Part shown: one piece after another, positions 1-8,577 of the stretch
How the letters are laid out: every line of letters starts with the position of its first letter
How positions within the stretch are numbered: the first letter of the stretch is position 1
Source of the DNA: a virus
IMG/VR virus record: IMGVR_UViG_3300046518_000226
Coordinates: 30,123-94,122 of that record
Length of the DNA stretch: 64,000 nt
Reading direction: 5' to 3' (one strand)
Translations under genes and position numbers: made by a program
Notes under the pieces: model-generated
What the model was told of the DNA's origin: nothing
The model's database searches: none
The model's input: only the letters and a program-made list of their open reading frames with translations

Positions 1-25
1 ATAGCGTCACTTGGTTGTGGGCGGC

Positions 26-553
26 CTACGCCCAGCGATTGACGCGCTCGATCGTCTTCTTGGTCACCACGGTGCGCCGCTCGTGCTTGCCGCAGTGCGT
101 ACACTTGCGGGCGTTGGCGTTGATCTTCAGCCAGCTGTGCGAATGGTCGCCGTGAATGATGCAGCGACCCTGGCGCAGGTAGGCGCTCCAGAACCAGTCG
201 GTGATGTCGAGCCAGGCGCGGGTGTTGAATGCCGGGCCGAAGGCGAATGAGCCGTCGACGCGCTGCGTTCCCTTCCTGGTTACATGCTGCAGCTGGGCGC
301 CGTGGAACCACCCACTTTCCTCGACAGCCTCGCCGATCATGAGCCAGGCCCGCTGCTTTCGGTCGCCGGCCTTCAGGGCCTCAAGATCCGGCGTCAATGG
401 CGTGCCAGTGATGCTGTTCCAGGCGCTGATGTAGATGCGCTCCCGGCCTCGTTTCAGTGCGCGCTGGTACATCCGCCAGCTGAATTTGTCCGACTGCCCC
501 TTCACTGCCGGCTTGATGCTCTCGGCAAAGGCTTTGCGTTCTGATGGTGTCAC
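26..553 (-). CDS. Hypothetical phage protein with C-terminal CxxC motif
   Basis: 175-aa ORF, GTG start with AGGA RBS. Confidence 0.7.
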   Translation of the reverse strand: MTPSERKAFAESIKPAVKGQSDKFSWRMYQRALKRGRERIYISAWNSITGTPLTPDLEALKAGDRKQRAWLMIGEAVEESGWFHGAQLQHVTRKGTQRVDGSFAFGPAFNTRAWLDITDWFWSAYLRQGRCIIHGDHSHSWLKINANARKCTHCGKHERRTVVTKKTIERVNRWA

Positions 554-595
554 GTCCTTTCTCCAGCCGGGCGATGCCCGGCAGTCGGTTGATGG

Positions 596-2401
596 TTACG
601 CCGCGATCACTGCTTCTTTCGGCTCACTCATGTTCGCGCGTACCAGGGCCGCGGCCAGCGGTGGGCAGACGCTGTTACCGCACATCCGCACCTGAGCGGC
701 CTTGCTGAGCGGCTTGCCTGTGGCGGGGTTGATGAAGTTGTGGATGTAGTCAGCTGGGAAGCCCTGTGCGGCGTACAGCTCGTGCGGCTCCAGCATGCGC
801 ATGCCGATATCGACGATCTGGTAGGGCTCGCCGTGCACCATCACCAAGCCAAAGCGCGGCTTGGCGGTCACCGTGTGCAGCGGGTCGCTCAGATCCTGGC
901 CGTCAGCCGCGCTGCCGAAATATTTGATCAGGAAGGCGCGCACCTCGGCGAGGTGGTTGCCCTGAGCACTGATGGTCGCCGCTGGCTCGGTGACAGGCTG
1001 GCCGTCCTTGCAGGTGCCGCGCAGCTTGACCAGGTTGCTGGAGACCAATGCGGCCTTGCCGCCACCGCCGGCGGTGATCGCGCCCACTGGCTCGCCAGCT
1101 CCATGGCCCACGCTGTTGCCGAAGTCGCGCTGGATGTGTGCGGTGACCAGGCTGTGGTGGTCGACGCTGGTCACGGTGCCGATCGGCGCCTCCAGCTCGC
1201 TGCCAACCACGCCGGTGTAGTGCTTGGCGAGGAAGGCACCGACGAGGGCTGTATGGTTGCGAGCCAGCTGAGTGTTCGTCGGCTTCTCAAGGGATTTTGG
1301 CTCACCAGAGTAGGCAGGGCCGCCGGCGCCCACCAAGACCGGTGCGACCACGGCGAAGTGTCCGCCCTTCACCTGAGCGCATTGTGTGCGCAGCGGCGCA
1401 TTGCCGGGCATGTTGCGCTGGCTGCTGGAGTTGGCGTGCTCGGTGATGAACGGAGCCAGCGTCGGCACAACGATCCCGGTACCCAGCTTGCTGGTGATGG
1501 TCTGCAACGGGTCGCTGAGCGGCTGCCCGCGGAACTGGTCGTAGCCGTGGTTGACCTTCACCAGGAACGGTTCGTCGGCGTTCACCACGTAGCGCATGAT
1601 GCCGGCCGCGATGCGGCGCAGGGTGTTCTCGGCGAGCGGCTTCTTGCGTTCGAAGATCGACGGGCACGGGATCGACCAGTCGATGATGTCGGCCGCGGTG
1701 CGCCATGGCAGCTTGAGGCCGTCGATGACATCCTGGCTGCTCGGGTGACCATGGGTCGGCTCAGGCCAAACGATCGGCAAGCCGTCGCGGCGAGCGATCA
1801 GGAACAGGCGCTTGCGGATGGTTGGGGTGCCGTAGTCGCAGGCGCGCAGCTCGCGCCAATCAACCGTATACCCGAGGGTGCGCAGGGCGTTGCAGAACGA
1901 GCGGAAGGTACGCCCCTTGTTCTTCGGGCATGGGCGGTCGTCCTCGCCGATCGGCCCCCACGTGACGAACTCCTCGACATTCTCCAGCATGATCACGCGC
2001 GGCTTCACCAGGTCTGCCCAGCGCATGGCGACCCATGCGAGGCCGCGGATCTTCTTGCTGACCGGCTTGCCGCCCTTGGCCTTGCTGAAGTGCTTGCAGT
2101 CGGGGCTGAACCACGCCAAGCCGACCGGACGCCCGCCAGTCACAGCCACCGGATCGATATCCCAGACCGACTCGCAGTAGTGCTTCGTGTGCGGGTGGTT
2201 GATCTCGTGCATGCTGATGGCTTCAGGGTCGTGGTTGACCGCGATATCGACCGGGCGGCCAAGGCCATCCTCGATGCCGGTGCTGGCGCCGCCGCCACCT
2301 GCGAAGTTGTCGATGGCCAGTTCCTGGAAGTTGAACCCGGCCTGCGGGTGGATGCGGAACCGGTTGTTGTCATTTGCTGGGCTTTGAACCTTCACTTTCA
2401 T
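596..2401 (-). CDS. Orphan C5 DNA cytosine methyltransferase
   Basis: Motifs FAGGGG (I), SPDC (IV), ENV (VI), RKR (VIII), GNSV (X); long repetitive variable region; start taken at MKVKV. Confidence 0.92.
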   Translation of the reverse strand: MKVKVQSPANDNNRFRIHPQAGFNFQELAIDNFAGGGGASTGIEDGLGRPVDIAVNHDPEAISMHEINHPHTKHYCESVWDIDPVAVTGGRPVGLAWFSPDCKHFSKAKGGKPVSKKIRGLAWVAMRWADLVKPRVIMLENVEEFVTWGPIGEDDRPCPKNKGRTFRSFCNALRTLGYTVDWRELRACDYGTPTIRKRLFLIARRDGLPIVWPEPTHGHPSSQDVIDGLKLPWRTAADIIDWSIPCPSIFERKKPLAENTLRRIAAGIMRYVVNADEPFLVKVNHGYDQFRGQPLSDPLQTITSKLGTGIVVPTLAPFITEHANSSSQRNMPGNAPLRTQCAQVKGGHFAVVAPVLVGAGGPAYSGEPKSLEKPTNTQLARNHTALVGAFLAKHYTGVVGSELEAPIGTVTSVDHHSLVTAHIQRDFGNSVGHGAGEPVGAITAGGGGKAALVSSNLVKLRGTCKDGQPVTEPAATISAQGNHLAEVRAFLIKYFGSAADGQDLSDPLHTVTAKPRFGLVMVHGEPYQIVDIGMRMLEPHELYAAQGFPADYIHNFINPATGKPLSKAAQVRMCGNSVCPPLAAALVRANMSEPKEAVIAA

Positions 2402-2613
2402 TCCTGGGCAAAGCAATGCTCTGCTGTGAGTTGGCGGGTTTGCTTGGATTGGCTGAATAGTAATTCATCATATTTGATTATTGCAATAGTAATTACAGAT
2501 TTCCGCCGAGTGAATACATCGGCTGCGACGTGCTGACTCACCCCTGCAAATGACTCTATCCAGGCACGAAGCTTGGCAATAGGACGACGCGCCTATCGGT
2601 TTGGGAGCACGTT

Positions 2614-2898
2614 ATGGTTGTTCATCGGCGACCCGGGTGGACAACCCTGGAGCTTGAGGTTCTTGGACACGTCGCCGGCCAGGTGGCGGAGCGCGACATC
2701 ATTGGCGACCACGGCATCACCGAGGAAGGCGACCCTTGGTTCGTCCTTGAACAGCCGGACGGATCGGCTCTGGTGCACTTCGCCAAGATCGATGGCCGCT
2801 ATGTCAGCGCACCGTCACAGGCTGGGGCGTTCGACGCCAATGAGCGGCTGCTGCCGCTGATCCGGCGCTTTCTGGAGCGCAATAAAAAGCCCGCCTAA
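2614..2898 (+). CDS. Small hypothetical protein (GxTEEGDPWFV...VHFAKIDGxY motif)
   Basis: 94-aa ORF ending in a bidirectional terminator. Confidence 0.65.
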   Translation: MVVHRRPGWTTLELEVLGHVAGQVAERDIIGDHGITEEGDPWFVLEQPDGSALVHFAKIDGRYVSAPSQAGAFDANERLLPLIRRFLERNKKPA

Positions 2899-2908
2899 GC
2901 GGGCTTCT
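2884..2908. terminator. Bidirectional intrinsic terminator
   Basis: AAGCCCGC-CTAA-GCGGGCTT between convergent genes. Confidence 0.8.
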
Positions 2909-2921
2909 GAAGCGGGGGCGA

Positions 2922-3509
2922 TCAGAACAGCGTGCCGACGTAGGCGTTCGGATCATCATTCGCCGCGCCGCGCAGCATGGCGTTGATACCTGCGAACGTG
3001 GCGTCGATGAATTCCTGGCTTTCCGAGAAGCTGACGATGATCTGCGACCGGGTTTCGCCGTTGTTCAGGCGATTGATCCAGTACGGCATCACGCCCGCTT
3101 CAGGCTGGCGGCGCAGGGTGTTCACGTAGCAGGCAGTGATGAACTGCTCGTTGGTGAGACCAGCCGGGTAGAGCGCCAGATACTCGGGCGCGTTCATGAA
3201 CTGATCCGCCACCAGCGCCAGCGCAGGCCCACGGTTGTTACCGTTGGCTGCGAGGTAGTTGATGAAGTTGGTGACGTGGTAGTCCAGGCCGGTCGGGTCA
3301 GGCTTGCGGGTCAGCAGCGCCTGATACAGGCGGCACAGCGGCTTGACGTTGTTAACGCATTCGTTGCTCGAAAGCATATTTTCAACGGTCTGCTGATAGC
3401 CGTATTGCGACATATAGCTGTTGTACGCGACCAGCCCCAGCGGCTGTAACGGGGTGGTGCGGTTTACCGCAGCCCATGCTTTTTGAACCTGTGCGTCGTA
3501 TGCGCCCAT
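2922..3509 (-). CDS. DUF4214-type (S-layer anchor-like) protein, paralogue 1
   Basis: RLYQALLTRKPDPTGLDY and FITACYVNTLRRQPE..YWINRLNNGETR..FSESQEF repeats; GAGGTG RBS. Confidence 0.75.
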   Translation of the reverse strand: MGAYDAQVQKAWAAVNRTTPLQPLGLVAYNSYMSQYGYQQTVENMLSSNECVNNVKPLCRLYQALLTRKPDPTGLDYHVTNFINYLAANGNNRGPALALVADQFMNAPEYLALYPAGLTNEQFITACYVNTLRRQPEAGVMPYWINRLNNGETRSQIIVSFSESQEFIDATFAGINAMLRGAANDDPNAYVGTLF

Positions 3510-3539
3510 GAGGCACCTCAGTGTTGTGAATGAGGCGTC

Positions 3540-3553
3540 ATTGTCGCGTCACG
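3540..3553 (-). promoter_or_regulatory. CGTGAC-N2-SANNAT late promoter-like motif
   Basis: CGTGAC GC GACAAT on the minus strand. Confidence 0.65.
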
Positions 3554-3567
3554 TCTTCCCGGCGGGC

Positions 3568-3592
3568 AAAAGAAAGCCCGCCGAAGCGGGCT
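3568..3592 (-). terminator. Intrinsic terminator
   Basis: AGCCCGC-TTCG-GCGGGCT plus U-rich tail on the minus strand. Confidence 0.8.
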
Positions 3593-3608
3593 CCTACAGC
3601 AGGATGGA

Positions 3609-4202
3609 TTACAACAGGCCGCCAGTGTAGGCGTTTGGATTGTCGTTGAACGCCGCCAGCATCATGGCTTGGAGTGGTTCGGAGATACGGGCGCGGAACT
3701 CTGGGCTGTCGGAGACAAACGCCAGCACATCAGCACGGCGATACATGCCGCTGTCCAAGGCGTTCTGCCAGAAGGTGTTCTCATCGGCGGTCACAATGCG
3801 ACCCAGGCAGTCGGAGTACAGCTTGCTGATGAAAAAGGTGTTCGACATCGTGCTCGGATAGCGGTTCAGGTACTCCTGCGAGGTCGCCCAATAATTCTGG
3901 ACGAAATTGCCGAGGTTCGTGGTGGTGTAGCCGTTGGCGTCGCCACCTTCGCGGAGTTTCTGCACCCCGAAGTCGAAACCAGAGGGGTCGGGCTTGCGGC
4001 CGAATACGACCTGGTAGAGACGCGCGATCGGCAGAACTTCACGCTCCAGAGTAGGGCTGCGAAACAGTTGGTTCAGCAGGCGGTGGATACCATAGCCGGC
4101 GTTGAGCAGCACGCCGTAAGTGCTCTGCCAATCGGCTGGAGCGGTCGCAGTGCGGAAGTAGACCGAGAAGATCTTGGTCACGGATGGGCTGTAAGAAATC
4201 AT
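3609..4202 (-). CDS. DUF4214-type protein, paralogue 2
   Basis: RLYQVVFGRKPDPSGFDF, LYSDCLGR..FWQNAL..SDSPEF; C-terminus DNPNAYTGGLL resembles paralogue 1; ATG 4202 follows GAGGTG. Confidence 0.75.
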   Translation of the reverse strand: MISYSPSVTKIFSVYFRTATAPADWQSTYGVLLNAGYGIHRLLNQLFRSPTLEREVLPIARLYQVVFGRKPDPSGFDFGVQKLREGGDANGYTTTNLGNFVQNYWATSQEYLNRYPSTMSNTFFISKLYSDCLGRIVTADENTFWQNALDSGMYRRADVLAFVSDSPEFRARISEPLQAMMLAAFNDNPNAYTGGLL

Positions 4203-4228
4203 AGGCACCTCAGGTTGGTTGAGGCTTT

Positions 4229-4242
4229 ATGATGCTGTCACG
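4229..4242 (-). promoter_or_regulatory. Late promoter-like motif
   Basis: CGTGAC AG CATCAT on the minus strand. Confidence 0.65.
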
Positions 4243-4257
4243 CCAATTGTCGGGCAT

Positions 4258-4320
4258 AAAAAACCCGCCGATTTGAGCATCACTTACTCCGAGGAGGTTG
4301 AGAGGCTTGGCGGGTTTTTG
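4258..4320 (-). terminator. Large-loop terminator-like hairpin
   Basis: AAAAACCCGCC ... GGCGGGTTTTT. Confidence 0.55.
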
Positions 4321-4334
4321 TGGTGCTCGGGTGG

Positions 4335-4547
4335 CTAGCCTACAGCTGGCGGGCCTTGTTTGATCAGTCGTGCGGCGCCGAGAACGGCGGCGAGCAGGCC
4401 GTTCACGGCGGCGTAGGTGGATGGTTCGAGCTGAGCCTGGAAGGCTGGCAGAACTTGAGTCTGGATGAGCGCCAGCAGCGCGATCAGGGCAGCGAGCTGA
4501 ACGGAGTAGAGCTTGTAAGCGGTTTGCCAGCCTTCGATCAGGGTCAT
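4335..4547 (-). CDS. Small two-TM holin-like protein
   Basis: MTLIEGWQTAYKLYSVQL...AARLIKQ, 70 aa, two hydrophobic segments. Confidence 0.6.
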   Translation of the reverse strand: MTLIEGWQTAYKLYSVQLAALIALLALIQTQVLPAFQAQLEPSTYAAVNGLLAAVLGAARLIKQGPPAVG

Positions 4548-4894
4548 GTCGGGATCCGTGGTGGGTTGATGGGTTCCGCATGTGCGGGCTGGTAGCAGCT
4601 GTTCGCTACGTCGCTGGCGTTGGTTGGTACGGTGCAGATGGTGCTGTCGGTACTCACGGTCGGTCAGCACAAGCCCGTGGCGGCTCACTTTTCATCGTTC
4701 ATCTGCATCGCTGTGAGCCTTCCCTACATAGAGAACTTGAGGGAAAGGAAGGGCGGGAAGGCTCACAGCGTTACAGTCCGGTTACTCCGTCCGGAGCGCT
4801 TAAGGCGGCGGGTGCCGTGCGCAGCTGCCATTTGCCACCGAAGTGTTGCTGACAGGTTTTTAGTTTGCCACTACTTATACGATCAATGCAACAA

Positions 4895-5140
4895 CTATGC
4901 AGCCGCTGAAAGCTTCTTCGCTTGGCGATAGCTTCTCGTCTTTTCAGCCTCGCACGCCCGGCACCAGCTTCGATAATGCCCGAGCGAGGGGATCCAGCCG
5001 AAGCAGGTCTCATCGTGCGGCCACCACTCACCGCACTTCGGGCAGAGCTTTTCCCGGCCGTCGTCGGTGGTTCTCGTCGAGAGTTCGATCCAGTGTTGCG
5101 ACAGAAGGTTGCGGTTTCTTTTCTTGATTGCGAATTTCAT
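4895..5140 (-). CDS. Small Zn-binding protein (CxxC...CxxC)
   Basis: CPKCGEWW...SWCRAC; divergent from portal. Confidence 0.6.
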   Translation of the reverse strand: MKFAIKKRNRNLLSQHWIELSTRTTDDGREKLCPKCGEWWPHDETCFGWIPSLGHYRSWCRACEAEKTRSYRQAKKLSAAA

Positions 5141-5217
5141 TTCTATCTGTTTGTGACTGAATTTGCTGGATGATAGCTCAAATTTGTAAACCGCCTCAAG
5201 CAACCTCCTGAAATCGT

Positions 5218-5231
5218 CGTGACGCCATGAT
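5218..5231 (+). promoter_or_regulatory. Late promoter-like motif (portal, leaderless)
   Basis: CGTGAC GC CATGAT, 7 nt before ATG 5239. Confidence 0.7.
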
Positions 5232-5238
5232 TTCAGCC

Positions 5239-6867
5239 ATGACTGATATCGCGCTCGAAGTTGCCCACAACCCAAATGCTCCCAAAGATGAGCAGCAGGA
5301 CGCTATGCGCGTTGCAACGCAGGCGGCTGTTCCTTCGTCCGTGCCGGACATGCTGCCGCTCGTGAAGTACGTGGCCGAGCAATATGCGCAGCAGCAGGAG
5401 GAGAGCCAGTTCGCCAAGGCGTTCATGAAGCCGAACGTGATCCCGTTCCCGAGCCGCAGCGTCGAGGAAGGCAAGGCCGGCATGCAGTCGGTGTGGCTGG
5501 ACGATCAGCGCCTGAACATCCAGGGCGAGTGGTACGAGAAGCCTACGGCCTTCAGCTTCGACACGATGCGCACCATGGCGGATCAGACGCCTATCCTGGC
5601 CGCGGTGATGCTGACCCGTCAGCGCCAGGTGAAGCGCTTCTGCCGTGCTACTGAGGGCGGCAAAGGGCCTGGGTTCCAGATCAAGCTCAAGGATGGCACG
5701 GCCAAGGTCGGCGCCGAGGAGCAGAAGACCATTCAGCTCCTGCAAGGCTTCTTCACCAACTGCGGCTGGGAGAGCAAGCCTCGGCTGCGCCAGCGCCTAC
5801 GCCGGGACAACTTCTCGGGCTTCATGGCGAAACAGATTCGGGACACGCTGATCATGGACAGCGCGCCCATCGAGTTGGAATGGAAGCGCGATCGCAACAA
5901 GGGGATCGATGGCTTCTACTCGGTCGATGGATCGACCATCCGCCTTTGCAACGAGGTCGGCTACCAGGGCGACGACGAGATCTACGCCTTGCAGGTGCTG
6001 GAAGGCCGCATCCGCGCCGCCTACACCCATGACGACCTCATCTACGTGCCACGCAACCCGCGCTCCGACGTGCTGGCCGGCGGCTACGGCATGTCCGAGA
6101 CCGAGCTGCTGATCAAGGTGGTCACCGGCTTCCTGAACGCGTTCACGTACAACACCAAGTTCTTCGACTCGAACGCCATTCCGAAGGGGCTGCTGCACCT
6201 CAATGGCGACTACGACGAAGCCGATTTGAACTCGTTCCGTCGCCAGTGGAACGGCATGGTCAAGGGCATCAACAACGCCTGGACACTCCCGGTGATGGTG
6301 TCCAAAAACAGCGAGTCGAAGGTCAACTTCGAGCACTTCAATGCCGACGTGAACGATGTGATGTTCGGCAAGTGGATGACCTTCCTCACCTCGATCATCT
6401 GCGCCATCTACGGCATGGCTCCGGACGAGATCAACTTCGAGAGCTTCACCACCGGCACCAGCTCGCTGTCTGGCAACGACACCGAGGAAAAGCTGATCAA
6501 CTCCAAGGACAAGGGGTTGCGACCGCTGCTCGCGCACTACGAGGATCTGTTCAGCGACTACATCGTCGCCGAGTTCGGGGACAAGTATGTGTTCCGGTGG
6601 GCCGGCCTGGACGAGAAAGATCCGAAGCAGCTGTGGGACGAGGAAAAGACCCTCAGCACCTTCAACGAGGCCCGCGCCGATCGCGGGCAGGATCCGATCA
6701 AGCAGGTGTGGGCCGATGCGCCGCTCAACCCGAACCTGATCGGCCCATGGATGCAGGAGAACATGGGGCAGCAAGAGCCGGCGCCAGGCGACGACGCACC
6801 AGCCAAGAAGGACAAGGAAGACCTCGCCAAGTCGTTCGGCATGCCAGTTTTCAGGATTGAACCATAG
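5239..6867 (+). CDS. Portal protein
   Basis: RNPRSD..GYGMSETE, FF..NAIPKGLL, ICAIYGMAPDEINF, SKDKGLRPLL motifs of SPO1/K-type portals; first gene of head module. Confidence 0.92.
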   Translation: MTDIALEVAHNPNAPKDEQQDAMRVATQAAVPSSVPDMLPLVKYVAEQYAQQQEESQFAKAFMKPNVIPFPSRSVEEGKAGMQSVWLDDQRLNIQGEWYEKPTAFSFDTMRTMADQTPILAAVMLTRQRQVKRFCRATEGGKGPGFQIKLKDGTAKVGAEEQKTIQLLQGFFTNCGWESKPRLRQRLRRDNFSGFMAKQIRDTLIMDSAPIELEWKRDRNKGIDGFYSVDGSTIRLCNEVGYQGDDEIYALQVLEGRIRAAYTHDDLIYVPRNPRSDVLAGGYGMSETELLIKVVTGFLNAFTYNTKFFDSNAIPKGLLHLNGDYDEADLNSFRRQWNGMVKGINNAWTLPVMVSKNSESKVNFEHFNADVNDVMFGKWMTFLTSIICAIYGMAPDEINFESFTTGTSSLSGNDTEEKLINSKDKGLRPLLAHYEDLFSDYIVAEFGDKYVFRWAGLDEKDPKQLWDEEKTLSTFNEARADRGQDPIKQVWADAPLNPNLIGPWMQENMGQQEPAPGDDAPAKKDKEDLAKSFGMPVFRIEP

Positions 6868-6886
6868 GCGCTGCGCCGCGAGTAGT

Positions 6887-6901
6887 CGTGACGCCTATGA
6901 T
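6887..6901 (+). promoter_or_regulatory. Late promoter-like motif driving structured RNA 1
   Basis: CGTGAC GCC TATGAT (3-nt spacer variant). Confidence 0.65.
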
Positions 6902-6904
6902 AGC

Positions 6905-7150
6905 TCCATCAAGCCCACGTATTCCTTGAAGCCTGACAGGGCCGGTGGGGGCTAAGCCACCGGATACTTTTCACCTTGCATCGCTCAAGGTGCTGTCGCG
7001 GTAACGCGGCAAGCCAGGCGCAGCGGAGAAGCGCAGCCCTCTGCCCAAACGGTGCCACTCCTCGCCGAATGGGTTCGTCGCAAAGGGGGAAGTCCAGCTT
7101 GTAGGTCGGTGCCGCCCAACTCCCCACTGGGAGGCACCGACCGGGGCGAT
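6905..7150 (+). ncRNA. Putative structured RNA 1 (long leader or ncRNA)
   Basis: Stems 6942-48/6957-63, 6972-78/6986-92, 6994-7000/7005-11 (GTAA tetraloop), 7104-13/7133-42. Confidence 0.6.
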
Positions 7151-7177
7151 CTCTCCCACCAGAACCAGGAATCGTCC

Positions 7178-8329
7178 GTGTCCCTCATCCTCGACCTCAC
7201 GCCCGTCAGTCAGCACGCAACCGACGCGGCGCTCGAAATGCTGTTCAAGTCCACACACGACCATGACAAGGGCATCTGGAACCCGCACGAGTCCGTGCTG
7301 ATCCGGCGCCTCGTCGAGCTGTTCAGCGACCGCGGCCTCGATCGGCTTGAGCACGTGAAGCAGCAGATCGTCGCGTGGGAGAATGGCGACCACCACAAGC
7401 CCGGCGCCCCTATGCCGTCCAACGTGCCAGGCATGATGACGCGCTGGTCGGATGCCGAGCTGGGTCTGGTGCGCGTCTACCTGGAAGCCTTGCCGCCGGG
7501 CTCGTGGACAATCGACGACCACATGATGGCGGTCGACTACGTCGTTCAGCGCTACCTGCCAGCCGACGAGCTGCGCACCGAAGCGGAGTGGATGAGCACC
7601 CGAGCCAGCCTCATGGGCAAGGTGCAGGCCAATATGGAAGGCCAAGCCACACCGCAGCAGGCGGACAAGATCCTCGCTGCCCTGCCGTCCACCCGAGCCG
7701 AGGCGTCTCACCAGTTCAAGCTCAACCAGCAGCAGCAATCCGTCATGGCGTTCGGCAATGCCCGGGCAGCTGAGAACGTGCGCGCGCTGACCGAGGATGT
7801 GCGCCACCGGATGCGCGGCGCGGTCATGCAGCACCTGGAGCAGCAGCAGACGCTGCCGGCCGGCGTGCCAGGTGAAGCGCTCCAGTCCAAGCTGGTCGAT
7901 CAGTTCGGCACCCTGAACCGGGACTGGCGGCGCATCGCGGTGACCGAGGCCGGCGAGTGCCAGACGCAGGGTTTCATCGCCAGTCTGAAGCCTGGAACGA
8001 AGGTGCGCCGCGTCGAGATGTACGCGACTGCCTGCAACTTCTGCAAAAAGATCCACGGCAAGATCGCCACCGTCGTCTCTCCCGACAAACCCGACAAGGA
8101 CTGGGAGAACGAGATCTGGGTCGGCAAGAACAACATCGGCCGCTCGGCGTCGCCCCGCAAACGCGTTGGCGACACCCTGGTAGACCGCGACCCGGACGAG
8201 ATGTGGGCTCTCCCCGCCGGCCTGGCCCATCCGCACTGCCGCGGGCGGTGGGTGCTGGTGATCGAGGACGAGGCCGGTGATGATCCTGACTTCGCGGAAT
8301 GGCTGCGCGAGACGCTTGGCGGGGAATAG
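7178..8329 (+). CDS. Head morphogenesis protein (Mu gpF/SPP1 gp7-like)
   Basis: RDWRRIAVTE, ACNFC, HPHCRG motifs; GTG 7178 with AGGA RBS. Confidence 0.8.
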   Translation: MSLILDLTPVSQHATDAALEMLFKSTHDHDKGIWNPHESVLIRRLVELFSDRGLDRLEHVKQQIVAWENGDHHKPGAPMPSNVPGMMTRWSDAELGLVRVYLEALPPGSWTIDDHMMAVDYVVQRYLPADELRTEAEWMSTRASLMGKVQANMEGQATPQQADKILAALPSTRAEASHQFKLNQQQQSVMAFGNARAAENVRALTEDVRHRMRGAVMQHLEQQQTLPAGVPGEALQSKLVDQFGTLNRDWRRIAVTEAGECQTQGFIASLKPGTKVRRVEMYATACNFCKKIHGKIATVVSPDKPDKDWENEIWVGKNNIGRSASPRKRVGDTLVDRDPDEMWALPAGLAHPHCRGRWVLVIEDEAGDDPDFAEWLRETLGGE

Positions 8330-8367
8330 CTGCTATATTTGAGCAATCAACCCACTGAGTGCTCGCT

Positions 8368-8562
8368 ATGAAACTGCTAATCGCCTTCGCCCTGTCCTTC
8401 GTCACCCTCGCAGCTGCCGCTGACACCGGCAGCTGCTACACCATCGGCAGCCCCGATGCTCGCGCCTACTGCCTCGCTAAGGCCCGCCAAGACTCCAGCG
8501 TCTGCTACACCATCCAGAACCCTGACCTGCGCGCGATGTGTATGGCGGAGGTTCGCCGCTGA
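8368..8562 (+). CDS. Small exported Cys-rich repeat protein
   Basis: Signal peptide MKLLIAFALSFVTLAAAA; two CYTIxxPDxRAxCxA repeats. Confidence 0.8.
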   Translation: MKLLIAFALSFVTLAAAADTGSCYTIGSPDARAYCLAKARQDSSVCYTIQNPDLRAMCMAEVRR

Positions 8563-8563
8563 A

Positions 8564-8572
8564 TGATATGCT
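8564..8572 (+). promoter_or_regulatory. Extended -10 promoter candidate
   Basis: TG-A-TATGCT immediately upstream of RNA 2. Confidence 0.5.
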
Positions 8573-8577
8573 GACCT

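Noticed and set aside
596-2401. Restriction-modification system
   Set aside because: No adjacent endonuclease; orphan methyltransferases of this type are common in temperate phages
7052-7177. N-terminal extension of the gpF-like ORF
   Set aside because: Overlaps the 10-bp hairpin; GTG 7178 has an RBS
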